Source: a virus. Taken from it: a stretch of 64,000 nt of DNA. A model generated the notes under the pieces. The model was not told the origin of the DNA, did no database searches, and was given only the letters and a program-made list of their open reading frames with translations. The first letter of the stretch is position 1, and every line of letters begins with the position of its first letter. The stretch spans positions 19,162 through 83,161 of IMG/VR virus record IMGVR_UViG_3300010354_000002, one strand, 5' to 3'. The translations under genes were made by a program, and so were the position numbers. Shown piece by piece: positions 37,458 to 46,059 of the stretch.

Positions 37458-37814
37458 TCAGAATGTCCAGTCGTAGTAGTAATCCCTAGCCCCAATCAGG
37501 AAACGTTGGCCGTTTTTCTGGCCCTGACCTTTGATCACCCACTTGCCATTGGAACGCAGGGTGACAATGATGCGGGGTGCGTTGGGGTTGGGGGTGATGA
37601 TCCAATCCTGATGGCCAATCCCGAGAGGCTTCGTCTGGTCGGCTACCACATCGTCCTCTTGAACGACAATGGACCTGCCAGACTTGCTGACCTCAACGAT
37701 GGTGTACACGCTGCGGTCGCTGTACCAAATGGCGGTGGCACCGAGTCCAACCTCGGGAGTGGTCGTGTTCTTGCAGTTGGCGAACACCTGATTCTGAAGA
37801 GATCCGTAGTACAT
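37458..37814 (-). CDS. Conserved early protein (PEVG.GAT...SDR..YTI...IG.R.YYYD..F)
   Basis: Own promoter; GAAAGG RBS. Confidence 0.8.
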   Translation of the reverse strand: MYYGSLQNQVFANCKNTTTPEVGLGATAIWYSDRSVYTIVEVSKSGRSIVVQEDDVVADQTKPLGIGHQDWIITPNPNAPRIIVTLRSNGKWVIKGQGQKNGQRFLIGARDYYYDWTF

Positions 37815-37884
37815 TTCAATCAACCTTTCGTGTGGCCGTTCTGGCCGACACACACAGGATACCTGCCCTGTTCTGCGTTGTCAA
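37815..37884 (-). promoter_or_regulatory. Early promoter with GTGTC-GGCC-AGAAC-GGCC leader
   Basis: TTGACA(37879-37884)-17-TATCCT(37856-37861). Confidence 0.85.
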
Positions 37885-37897
37885 GTACAGTCAAAAA

Positions 37898-38188
37898 TTA
37901 ATCGTAGTCAGGCTGGCTGCGATAGTCGTCGTACTTGCGCACGGCTTCGTCTATGTCGTATTGATCTAGGTTTACGACTGCGAGTGCGGTATCCCATGGC
38001 AACGCTCGCTCGTCAGACCATCCATGCTCACGGCTATTTGGGGTGACGATGCAGTATTCGGCGACGGCCCTCAATTCCTTAGGGTAGAACGTCACCAGCA
38101 TCAGCACCTTGTGGCTATTACCGGCTTCAGCCGTTGCCACATATTGAAGATACTGCCCATCGAACCCGCCCACTGATTCTATAGTCAT
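37898..38188 (-). CDS. Hypothetical protein
   Basis: GAGG RBS; preceded by UUCG hairpin 38214-38241. Confidence 0.7.
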   Translation of the reverse strand: MTIESVGGFDGQYLQYVATAEAGNSHKVLMLVTFYPKELRAVAEYCIVTPNSREHGWSDERALPWDTALAVVNLDQYDIDEAVRKYDDYRSQPDYD

Positions 38189-38246
38189 ATTGTGATCCTC
38201 TCTTTGCCTGCAAAGGGCAGGAGGCCGAAGCCTCCTGCCCTGCCAT

Positions 38247-38441
38247 TCAGGCTTCGTCGTCTGCCGTGTGTTGCCCGGGCACGGTCACAAGACCGGCTTC
38301 GATGAGGGCTTGGGCAGTCCGCCCATAGTGCCCCTGCAACGTCCACGCCAACCCCGAGTCCACGAGGGACTGGAACAGGGCGACGACCTCCTCTTCGTTC
38401 AGTTCGCCCTGCTCGTACGCAATGATGTCGTTGATAATCAT
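38247..38441 (-). CDS. Conserved small phage protein (IIAYE.GEL...FQ.L.D.G.AW.LQG.YGRTA)
   Basis: Strong family motif. Confidence 0.85.
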   Translation of the reverse strand: MIINDIIAYEQGELNEEEVVALFQSLVDSGLAWTLQGHYGRTAQALIEAGLVTVPGQHTADDEA

Positions 38442-38455
38442 GGTTCTTGCCTTTC

Positions 38456-38704
38456 TCAAATGTAGGGCAACGGCTTTACCAGCCCGTTGTCCCGAATAGC
38501 CTTGGCGATCTCTGCGGATGCCTGATTGCGGGGATCGAAGAAGTTGGCATCGTGATCCTCGGCGAGGTCTTCAACGATGGCCAGAAAATTACGGAACAGG
38601 TTCTGCTTCTCGGTGCGATGCAGCGCGCGGAAGCCGAACTTGGCTTCGGTGGTAGACAGTCGGCTGGCCTCTGCCAGCAACTCGTACGAGTCTCTTGGTT
38701 CCAT
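38456..38704 (-). CDS. Small early protein (HRT..Q.LFR...D.RN.AS family)
   Basis: GAAAGGA RBS and own promoter. Confidence 0.75.
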   Translation of the reverse strand: MEPRDSYELLAEASRLSTTEAKFGFRALHRTEKQNLFRNFLAIVEDLAEDHDANFFDPRNQASAEIAKAIRDNGLVKPLPYI

Positions 38705-38798
38705 TCTAGAATCCTTTCAGGTTACCGGGGCGATCAGCAACTAAGTTCTGCGAATCGCCCCGTGGAGAGATACTACTACGCCTGTTCGGCGTTGTCAA
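38705..38798 (-). promoter_or_regulatory. Promoter inside methyltransferase 3' end, with structured leader
   Basis: TTGACA(38793-38798)-17-TAGTAT(38770-38775); stem 38726-38762. Confidence 0.8.
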
Positions 38799-40575
38799 GG
38801 CCACGCTTGGAAAAATACAGGGAGATTTGCAACCCTATCCAATGCATCACGTTGACGGACATGGAGTTGCCCAAGGCCTTGTATCTACTGGAGTCGGCTG
38901 TGTTTTCCGCTATGGCGGTGTAGTTGTCCGGGAAACCTTGGAGGCGTTCGCACTCGACCGGGGTTAGGCGTCGCACCGCCATCGTCTGTTGAACATAGTT
39001 TGTCTGCTTCATTCCTGACTGTGCAGCCAGTGCCCCTACTATTGATCCATCACCGTTTATATAACGTACTTCGTCTCTGGTGTTTTGCGTGAACGCCATC
39101 GGCTGTTGCACGGATTCGATGATTCCTATTCCCTGATGCGAGGTATCGGAATGGCCTCCAGCCGATAGGCAGTCGGTCCTATCTCCGGTGATCCATGCAG
39201 GCTGGTTTGAGTAGCCGGAATGGGTGAACGCCACGGGCTGTTGCACGGCTACGCCTTGAGTCGCCATGCTGTCCAGCGTGTAGGCTGGATCGCCTATGCT
39301 ACCTATGCCCAATCCGTTTTGGTTTTTGTCCACGTCACGACAATCCTGCAACGGGATCGCAACCGGCTGTGGCACCATAACGCCTACATGATGTCCAGCG
39401 TTGCCGCCTGACACGCCTCGTATGGTCGGCGACATGTCGTGCATCGGATCGGCAGTGCTACCGGTTGGGTCAAAGCCAATTACCGCATTGCCTTCGGAAC
39501 CCTGCATATTGATCATGGCGACCGGCTGTGGCACCACAACCGCTGGTTGGTGTCCATGCGTTTCACTCAGCAATGTCCCTGTGATGCCGTCCGTACTGAC
39601 CTGCATCACACTACCGCCCTGATCCATCAAGCAAATCGGCTGTTGCACCAGAGGGGTGTTGTTCCCGCCGGTGCCCCATCGCGCCGCCACGGTTGGGCAT
39701 TGTTCCACCGGTCCCGTGATCCGAGAGTCGGTCGGGTGCGATTCGTACACGGCGGATTCGATCACCCATGCAGGATTCTGCGTTTCACCGCCTCCGCCGG
39801 TATTGCGAATTATGGTCTTCGACAGTTCATCTTCTTTGAAGTCTCCGATGTTGGCAGTGAACGTGGCGCGAGATTCAGGCCATTTCATTGTTCCGGAGGC
39901 GTCGTCTTGACCATGCTTTCCAACGCATGCCGAAGCATCTCCGGCAAAGTCTTGTCCCTGCTCTCGGCCCGACGCAAGATGCCTGCGCAGGCTCGGGACG
40001 AGAGATAGTATTTCTGCGGCGTCTCGTGGGTCGCCTGAAGCACAGCCGACAACGAAGATCCTCCGGCGTCGTTGAGGCACTGGGTTTTCGTGCCGTGCCC
40101 CTCGGTGCATTGCACACCTTCCCACCCGTGGGCTGTCAAGCACTCGGTAGCACCACCCATACCCCAATTGCCCCAGCCCTGAGAGGAACGCAGCGAAATC
40201 TCGCCCCTTGTTACTGCTAAGGACTCCGGGCACGTTTTCCCATACGCAAACCTGTGGTCTAACGAGATCAACCAGCCCAAGATAGACAAGTGCGAGGTTT
40301 CCCCGGGGGTCTTCAAGTCCTTGTCGCAATCCTGCCACGCTGAAACTTTGGCAGGGCGTGCCTCCCACAATGACATCTGCTGATCCTTTTCCAATTCCCC
40401 ACTCCTTGTATTTGGTCAAATCTCCGTAGTTCGGCACGTCTGGATAATAGTGTTTCAACACCTTGCACGGGAATGGCTCAATCTCGGAAAAACCGACAGG
40501 CTGCCAGCCCAGATGATGCCATGCCATCGTTGCCGCCTCAATGCCACTGCAAACGCTCAGATACCTAATTGACAT
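38776..40575 (-). CDS. C5 cytosine DNA methyltransferase with multi-module variable region
   Basis: SVCSGI, GGTPCQSFS, WENVPG, PQRRRRIF, RRLTPVECERLQGFPD, YKALGNS. Confidence 0.95.
   Translation of the reverse strand: MSIRYLSVCSGIEAATMAWHHLGWQPVGFSEIEPFPCKVLKHYYPDVPNYGDLTKYKEWGIGKGSADVIVGGTPCQSFSVAGLRQGLEDPRGNLALVYLGLVDLVRPQVCVWENVPGVLSSNKGRDFAAFLSGLGQLGYGWCYRVLDSPRVGRCAMHRGARHENPVPQRRRRIFVVGCASGDPRDAAEILSLVPSLRRHLASGREQGQDFAGDASACVGKHGQDDASGTMKWPESRATFTANIGDFKEDELSKTIIRNTGGGGETQNPAWVIESAVYESHPTDSRITGPVEQCPTVAARWGTGGNNTPLVQQPICLMDQGGSVMQVSTDGITGTLLSETHGHQPAVVVPQPVAMINMQGSEGNAVIGFDPTGSTADPMHDMSPTIRGVSGGNAGHHVGVMVPQPVAIPLQDCRDVDKNQNGLGIGSIGDPAYTLDSMATQGVAVQQPVAFTHSGYSNQPAWITGDRTDCLSAGGHSDTSHQGIGIIESVQQPMAFTQNTRDEVRYINGDGSIVGALAAQSGMKQTNYVQQTMAVRRLTPVECERLQGFPDNYTAIAENTADSSRYKALGNSMSVNVMHWIGLQISLYFSKRGLDNAEQA
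39885..40394 (-). CDS. Overprinted alternative-frame polypeptide (M.EcoHK31I beta-like)
   Basis: 169-aa same-strand nested ORF ending SSLSAVLQ...KYYLSSRACAGILRRAESRDKTLP; AAGGAG upstream. Confidence 0.7.
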   Translation of the reverse strand: MEKDQQMSLWEARPAKVSAWQDCDKDLKTPGETSHLSILGWLISLDHRFAYGKTCPESLAVTRGEISLRSSQGWGNWGMGGATECLTAHGWEGVQCTEGHGTKTQCLNDAGGSSLSAVLQATHETPQKYYLSSRACAGILRRAESRDKTLPEMLRHALESMVKTTPPEQ

Positions 40576-40835
40576 TCGACTAGAATCTCCTCCGATGGAA
40601 CACCGTAGAAAGCCACGACGAACGCCTTGGCCTCATCTGCGGTGAAGTCGCAATACCGACGAATTGTCACCATATGATCATGGAAACCCTTGCAAATCTC
40701 GGCCTTGTTCTCTTCCGTCAGGATTTGCGGTTGCGCCACACAGCGTGGGCCGTACCGTAGCGTCGCCACCATGGGCCTGCCGTCGGAATCGTGAACTCGT
40801 GCCCCAATAATTGGAACGAATAGGCTCTCTTGCAT
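40557..40835 (-). CDS. Hypothetical protein
   Basis: GAGGG RBS; overlaps methyltransferase start. Confidence 0.55.
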   Translation of the reverse strand: MQESLFVPIIGARVHDSDGRPMVATLRYGPRCVAQPQILTEENKAEICKGFHDHMVTIRRYCDFTADEAKAFVVAFYGVPSEEILVECQLGI

Positions 40836-41074
40836 GTGGTGTCCCTCGTAATTCTTTCCTGCTCAATTGCGCACAGGATATAAGTCGCCCACACGCTGGC
40901 GGACGGATGCGTCGGGTCAGCCAGCAACTGGCGATAAAACAAATCGGCTCGGTAACGACTCTTGTCGTTCGTCAGGCATGTCAACTTGAATCCAGACACT
41001 GCCTCCAGAACAGTAGCGACTGGTTTTGGAACGGAGATTGTGTCCCCGTCGGTTGAATTGTAGATAGTCCGCAT
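40718..41074 (-). CDS. Hypothetical protein
   Basis: AAGGAGG RBS; upstream TTGCAC-17-TATGCT promoter. Confidence 0.65.
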   Translation of the reverse strand: MRTIYNSTDGDTISVPKPVATVLEAVSGFKLTCLTNDKSRYRADLFYRQLLADPTHPSASVWATYILCAIEQERITRDTTCKRAYSFQLLGHEFTIPTAGPWWRRYGTAHAVWRNRKS

Positions 41075-41152
41075 AAGGTTCCTCCTTGGCAAGCAGCATA
41101 CCACCGTTGTCAATATAGTGCAATAGGCACGGTGTGAGTGTATGATGGCGTC

Positions 41153-41707
41153 ATGGCACAGTATTCACTAGACCTACCCGTCGTCACCATCCCCGAATCG
41201 GGGTCGAAGCACGTCCTGCCCACAGAGAAGGAGTTGCGTCTGGAAAGGGACGCAGCGGAAGGCAATATCAAGGATCTGGATCGTCGAATTGAGACCAACG
41301 AAGCAAAACTGGCTACCGCAGAGGGCGATGAGGTCAAGGCAACGAAAGAGGAAGCCGAACTGTTGCAACGTCAGCATAGGCTGGCTACGCAGATCAAGGA
41401 CAAACTAGACGTTGCAATTGCCAATCGCGAGGCAATCATTGCTACGGCGGAAGTAGTAACAGTGTCGGTTCGCGTGCCAACCTACGACGAACTGTCAAAG
41501 GCCGAGAGCCTGTATCGAACGTTGGAGGGTGATCGGTTCGTGACCGACCGTGGGAAGGTAATCCAGCATCTTATGAGGGCGTGTGCGCCTGATGTTGCTT
41601 CGCTGCACCCTGTCGTGGGCCGCCATGTTGAACGATGGCTCATGCGTGCAGTGTGGCCGGAGGAGGAACTGCTCCCTTTTTGGTACATCGCGCTCAACAG
41701 GTCTTAA
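41153..41707 (+). CDS. Tail assembly chaperone (G)
   Basis: Upstream of tape measure; C CCT TTT slippery site near 3' end. Confidence 0.75.
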   Translation: MAQYSLDLPVVTIPESGSKHVLPTEKELRLERDAAEGNIKDLDRRIETNEAKLATAEGDEVKATKEEAELLQRQHRLATQIKDKLDVAIANREAIIATAEVVTVSVRVPTYDELSKAESLYRTLEGDRFVTDRGKVIQHLMRACAPDVASLHPVVGRHVERWLMRAVWPEEELLPFWYIALNRS

Positions 41708-41874
41708 AAGGCGAAGACGCAGGGGCTGAATTGCCATATGAGGTTCACATGTTCCTTCAATGGATCAACAATAGTCTCCCCGTTGCAAGCCCTACACTGT
41801 TGGATGCGCGAACGGCGCAGATCATCGAACTGATTCGACAGGAATGCGAACTGGAAGGACTGTTGCAGAAATGA
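41674..41874 (+). CDS. Tail chaperone extension (GT) read by -1 frameshift
   Basis: Heptamer CCCTTTT 41674-41680, GGAGGAGG just upstream, open -1 frame to 41874. Confidence 0.7.
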   Translation, partial: PFLVHRAQQVLKGEDAGAELPYEVHMFLQWINNSLPVASPTLLDARTAQIIELIRQECELEGLLQK

Positions 41875-42071
41875 AGACACCGCAACTTAGCCAACTAGCC
41901 AAATGGGCGATTCGACAGAGTCTCGGCACCGTGCGTGGAAATGAGATGATCTCGCTGATTGAACTTGTTATCAAGGCTGGAGAAAAGGCGGCTACCAGCA
42001 CTGGCAACGGTGTAACGTCTGTACAATGTGTGTACACGCCGATTAATAACAATGACGAAAACGAAACTTGA
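41871..42071 (+). CDS. Small hypothetical protein
   Basis: ATGA coupling with GT stop; its TGA lies within TTGACA. Confidence 0.45.
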   Translation: MKTPQLSQLAKWAIRQSLGTVRGNEMISLIELVIKAGEKAATSTGNGVTSVQCVYTPINNNDENET

Positions 42072-42171
42072 CAACGGCTGGAAGATGCCGTAGAGTCTGG
42101 TCAGGGTTTGGTTCGCATTGATTCTGAGCGAGCCACTTATTCGGGGTCGGCAATCGCCGGCCCCTTTTTTT
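42068..42171 (+). ncRNA. Candidate ~70-nt sRNA with own promoter and terminator
   Basis: TTGACA(42068)-17-TAGAGT(42091); 8-bp hairpin; GGGGTCGGC-AATC-GCCGGCCCC-T7; no RBS/ATG inside. Confidence 0.65.
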
Positions 42172-42208
42172 GTCTTTAGGGCGTTGTTAGTATCGGTACA
42201 ATGCGCTC

Positions 42209-45200
42209 ATGGCCGACATTCGTATTTCCACGCAGGTAGAGGGTCTGCAGCAGGCTCTGTCCGACATCCAGACGCTCCGCTCGCAGTTGGAAGCACTGGG
42301 CACCATGAATGTTGGTGGCGGTGGCGGGACTGGTGGCGGAGGTGGAATGCAGGGTGGCGGAGGAGGCGGTGCCGCTGGAACTTCTTCTGCGGGAACTGTG
42401 CCTATACCGCCGTCTTTCCCGGGTCAAAACAGCGCAGGAAATGGATCATCGACTCCAGCGCAACAAACCGGTCCTGCACCTACTAATACTCCAGTAAATA
42501 CGCAGTCACAAAACCATTTGCAACAGGCTGTTCATGCCGATCAGGTCCAAGCCAACATGCTTGCGGCAGGAGAGAATGTTGCCAAGGCTGCATTGCAAGG
42601 TGGACAAATGGTTGCCGGGGCCACTGGGATTGCAGGCGGCTTTGGCTTTCAAATGGCCGCTCAGTTCGGACAGCAGAGTTTCCTGCATATATCAGAGTCG
42701 GTGAATCATTTGAGAGATATGGCGTCCACGTTGCGTGAACTGCGCGGGACGGGGGCAAATAGCATATCTTCTCTACTTACTGCACAACAATCGGCAACAG
42801 CGAATTTTCTTGCGGTTGAGGATGCCGCTCGAAAGGGCTGGGCCGATGGGCCAACCCTTGAGGCGGCACGGAAGGCAGAAATTGCGGCTATAGAGAAGTT
42901 AATGGCTGCCCGTGCCGGTGTAGGAGCGTCAACCATGGGGATGTTGCAAGGTGCTGCGGGGCTGGGCCTTGGCGTTCTCGGGGCAGGTGCGGCAATTGGA
43001 GCCGGTTATGTAGCAGGGAACATGGCCGCTGGTGCGTATACGGCAATGGAGATGGAAGCCGAAATGATTCGCGACGAGCCAAGTCGTGAATATATGAGGG
43101 CAGTAGGCAACAGGCTGGGACTTGGGCTGGATACAAGGGCCGAGGAGATTGCCATTGCGCGTAGTAGGCAGGGTTATGGGCAGCGAATCGCCAATATCAA
43201 CGCCTTCGGGGCTAGTTTTGAAGGCAAATTTCTAGACTTCTTTTCAGGGGGGTTTACTGCGGCTAAAAGGCGCGAAAGAATCATTGAACTTGAGGATCGG
43301 CAAGCAAGGGAAGAGACACGCATTCTCGAAATTGAGGCTCCAACCATGGAGTTGCAACGCCTTTTCGCAAACGGTGGCAGCAAGGAAGACTGGAATCGCT
43401 ATAGGCAACGTCTAGGTAGTGCTGGACCTCGTGGAAAAGATGAGATCATCCGCAATCAAGCCGTTGCAATGATGGGGGCGGAGATAGGGCTTGGTGCCGA
43501 AGGAATGGTTGGCGCATTCACGAACTCTGGCCTGAGCGATATAGATCGCCTGACCACAGAGGAACGTACAAAGGCACTCGCGAGCATTGGTGTCCAGTCA
43601 TATACAAACCTCGGAATTCGCGGTTCGTTGAACACTATGGTCTCAGGCAATCTGAATGCCGCATTGGCCAGCCTAGACTTTGATGCAATACGGTCTTTTG
43701 GTGCAGTATCTGCTGGGCTGCAAGGAAAGCAAGGCACTGTTGCATCGGATACCGAATATCGCCGTATACAACAAATTCAAGAAGAGTTGGTAAAACTGGA
43801 CTACAACCAAAACATAGGCATGGGCCAGCGGCAGGTCAATCAATCCGAGATTGGTGCTATACGTTCCGGCGTTATGGGTGTTGGAGCATCAACTGACGCC
43901 GCAATCTTCAATATCTACGGTAAACAGGCCGCCACGTATCAACCACAGATCGAAATGCTTCGGCGGCAAATCCAGTTGACTGCCGGGAATCCGCTTGTTC
44001 AACAACAATACATTGCGGAATTGAATAACGTCATGGGTGCGCAGTTGCAAGCCAATGATCAACAGTTCGGCTTTATGGATATGGTCGGTCGTCAACAGGA
44101 GCGGCTAACAGGTGCAGCAGCAGGAGCCGGGGTTACCGAGGCCATGCTGTTTGGCTCTATGGGCGACAGGGCTTCGGCGATCCGAGGGACCGTCGACCCA
44201 TACCGTATGGCTGCAGGACGACTTGAGGCACAGATGCAACGCATGATGACCGGGCAGGAATCCTACACCGAGGAAAAATACCGGGATGTAATGACGCAAC
44301 TGATTCAGGCACAAGAAGGACTTGTCAAGAGCACGATTAATGCCGAAAAGGCAGTATTTGGTCTGTCGTACACTTTTGAGCAATCCCGGCAACAGATTTC
44401 GGGTGCGCAAGCGTCAACGCAACTGATCAAGGGCTATGGTGGCGTCGGGGCGTCTTCGGACTACTTGGACATGCAAAACGCCAATCAGAACATACTCAGC
44501 ACCGCTGAGTCGGAGTTGCAGAAATACCGATCCATGGGGCTTGCAGAGGACTCGCAAGAGGTCATGGGGGCAAAGCAACGCATTGCCAATGCCAAGATGG
44601 AAATTGCAAAGATGCCGCAAACCATCATCAATGCCCCGTTCAGGGCAGAAACCACCGAGGCGGTTGCTGAAAGCCAATTCGCCTTGCAGATGGTCGGCAT
44701 GCTCCCCGGTGGGTTTGGCATTCGTCGTGAACTGATGGGGTCCGCGATTGGCGGTCTTGGGCGAGAGCGTCAAGAACTGGATCAGCAACTGGAAATTGCG
44801 CGTCAGGCTGCTGGGGGCGAGTTGTCTCCCGGTGACATGGCTGCCTACAATCAACGGCGTCGTCAGATCACAGGCCAACAGATCGGGCTACTGTCCGAAA
44901 TGTCGTATGGCTGGCAGAATCGGTTGATGTCAACAATCTCCGGTGCTCCCGACATGAGCGCAATCACGCCCATGTTGTCCAACCGTGCAGCAATCGGAGC
45001 CGGTATTCGGTCGCCATTCTTCGGGGCAAACCTGTCCGACCTTGAGGAAGGCATTGAGTCCTCCCTTTTGGTTGGCACTATGGCGGGTGCTCAGACTCCT
45101 GCCGGGCTGGCGTCCAGTGCGTTTACCAATGCTCCCAAGACTGTAAGTATGCGAGGCAACCCGCTTACGAACCCCTTTGAGGGCGCAAAACTGGAGGTCA

Positions 45201-45310
45201 CCATCAACGGCCTGCCGGGGACGGGTGTAATGCGCCCAAATACCGGCGGGTCTGCTATGGCAACCAACATGGCAATGTTCAATAACAGTGTCTACAGGGA
45301 TGCAACCTAA
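42209..45310 (+). CDS. Tail tape measure protein
   Basis: 1033 aa, Ala/Gly/Gln-rich helical, follows frameshifted chaperone, ends KLEVTING. Confidence 0.85.
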   Translation: MADIRISTQVEGLQQALSDIQTLRSQLEALGTMNVGGGGGTGGGGGMQGGGGGGAAGTSSAGTVPIPPSFPGQNSAGNGSSTPAQQTGPAPTNTPVNTQSQNHLQQAVHADQVQANMLAAGENVAKAALQGGQMVAGATGIAGGFGFQMAAQFGQQSFLHISESVNHLRDMASTLRELRGTGANSISSLLTAQQSATANFLAVEDAARKGWADGPTLEAARKAEIAAIEKLMAARAGVGASTMGMLQGAAGLGLGVLGAGAAIGAGYVAGNMAAGAYTAMEMEAEMIRDEPSREYMRAVGNRLGLGLDTRAEEIAIARSRQGYGQRIANINAFGASFEGKFLDFFSGGFTAAKRRERIIELEDRQAREETRILEIEAPTMELQRLFANGGSKEDWNRYRQRLGSAGPRGKDEIIRNQAVAMMGAEIGLGAEGMVGAFTNSGLSDIDRLTTEERTKALASIGVQSYTNLGIRGSLNTMVSGNLNAALASLDFDAIRSFGAVSAGLQGKQGTVASDTEYRRIQQIQEELVKLDYNQNIGMGQRQVNQSEIGAIRSGVMGVGASTDAAIFNIYGKQAATYQPQIEMLRRQIQLTAGNPLVQQQYIAELNNVMGAQLQANDQQFGFMDMVGRQQERLTGAAAGAGVTEAMLFGSMGDRASAIRGTVDPYRMAAGRLEAQMQRMMTGQESYTEEKYRDVMTQLIQAQEGLVKSTINAEKAVFGLSYTFEQSRQQISGAQASTQLIKGYGGVGASSDYLDMQNANQNILSTAESELQKYRSMGLAEDSQEVMGAKQRIANAKMEIAKMPQTIINAPFRAETTEAVAESQFALQMVGMLPGGFGIRRELMGSAIGGLGRERQELDQQLEIARQAAGGELSPGDMAAYNQRRRQITGQQIGLLSEMSYGWQNRLMSTISGAPDMSAITPMLSNRAAIGAGIRSPFFGANLSDLEEGIESSLLVGTMAGAQTPAGLASSAFTNAPKTVSMRGNPLTNPFEGAKLEVTINGLPGTGVMRPNTGGSAMATNMAMFNNSVYRDAT

Positions 45311-46059
45311 CTGCGATAAGCCTTGATGACGTAATCCACAGGCAGGTCAAATGCTCTCGCCAACCGCGCAATGCGGGATTGGGGGAACCTAGACTTGCCT
45401 GTCTCCCATCGGCCTACAGTAGCCACAGTCACGCGCATGCGCACCGCGAACACCGTGTCAGGCATGCATAGCGTGTCTCGTGTCTCTTTGATCCAAGCAC
45501 CAAACCGCTGGGGGTTGTTGGCCGCGTGCAGGGACGCAGTGATTTGATCAACGGAGATGCCAAGCGCATCGGCAATGTAGGCGTGCGCTTCGTCCCAGAC
45601 TGGCCCAGATGATTCCTCCCAACGACGCCACACATGGGTACTGACGCATGCAGCATCCGCCGCTTCTGGCACCATCATCCTGCGTAAACGGCGATAGTTG
45701 CGGATGACCTTATGACCGGTGCTCAACGGCATGATCGAGTCCTCCACCGCAAACCATTGCGTATGGGTCGGTTCTGATCCCGGAATAAAGTGGGATTCAA
45801 CCATGGCCGCTAACGCCACAAGTTTGTCAACGATGGTATAACTAAGACGCTTGTTGTCAACGGCGTTGCGGATGGTCTTTACGCCTACGTCTGCCAATGC
45901 AGCGAGTTCTCGTTGGGTAAGCCCCGTCTTCGCCATTAGTGCGGTCAGGTATATGCCGGGGTGCGATGCATCAAATACAGGAAAACTTCGTAATGCCACA
46001 CGGACGAGATACCACAGTGGCCACCGATGCCCCAAGAAATTTGAGGGCAATAGCCACAA
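45307..46059 (-). CDS. Regulator with three tandem XRE HTH domains
   Basis: GLTQRELAALADVGVKTI; EAADAACVS...RRWE; FAVRMRVTVATVGRWETG; start uncertain. Confidence 0.75.
   Translation of the reverse strand: MWLLPSNFLGHRWPLWYLVRVALRSFPVFDASHPGIYLTALMAKTGLTQRELAALADVGVKTIRNAVDNKRLSYTIVDKLVALAAMVESHFIPGSEPTHTQWFAVEDSIMPLSTGHKVIRNYRRLRRMMVPEAADAACVSTHVWRRWEESSGPVWDEAHAYIADALGISVDQITASLHAANNPQRFGAWIKETRDTLCMPDTVFAVRMRVTVATVGRWETGKSRFPQSRIARLARAFDLPVDYVIKAYRS

Noticed and set aside
38977-39648. 18-bp repeats as a CRISPR array
   Set aside because: Degenerate, in frame within a CDS, and spacers of about 96-141 bp are too long.
41108-41113. TTGACA as the -35 of another early promoter
   Set aside because: No -10 at 17 nt; the better reading is TTGCAC-17-TATGCT with this hexamer in the spacer.
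42100-42171. tRNA (contains GGTTCG)
   Set aside because: No cloverleaf or acceptor stem; only two hairpins.
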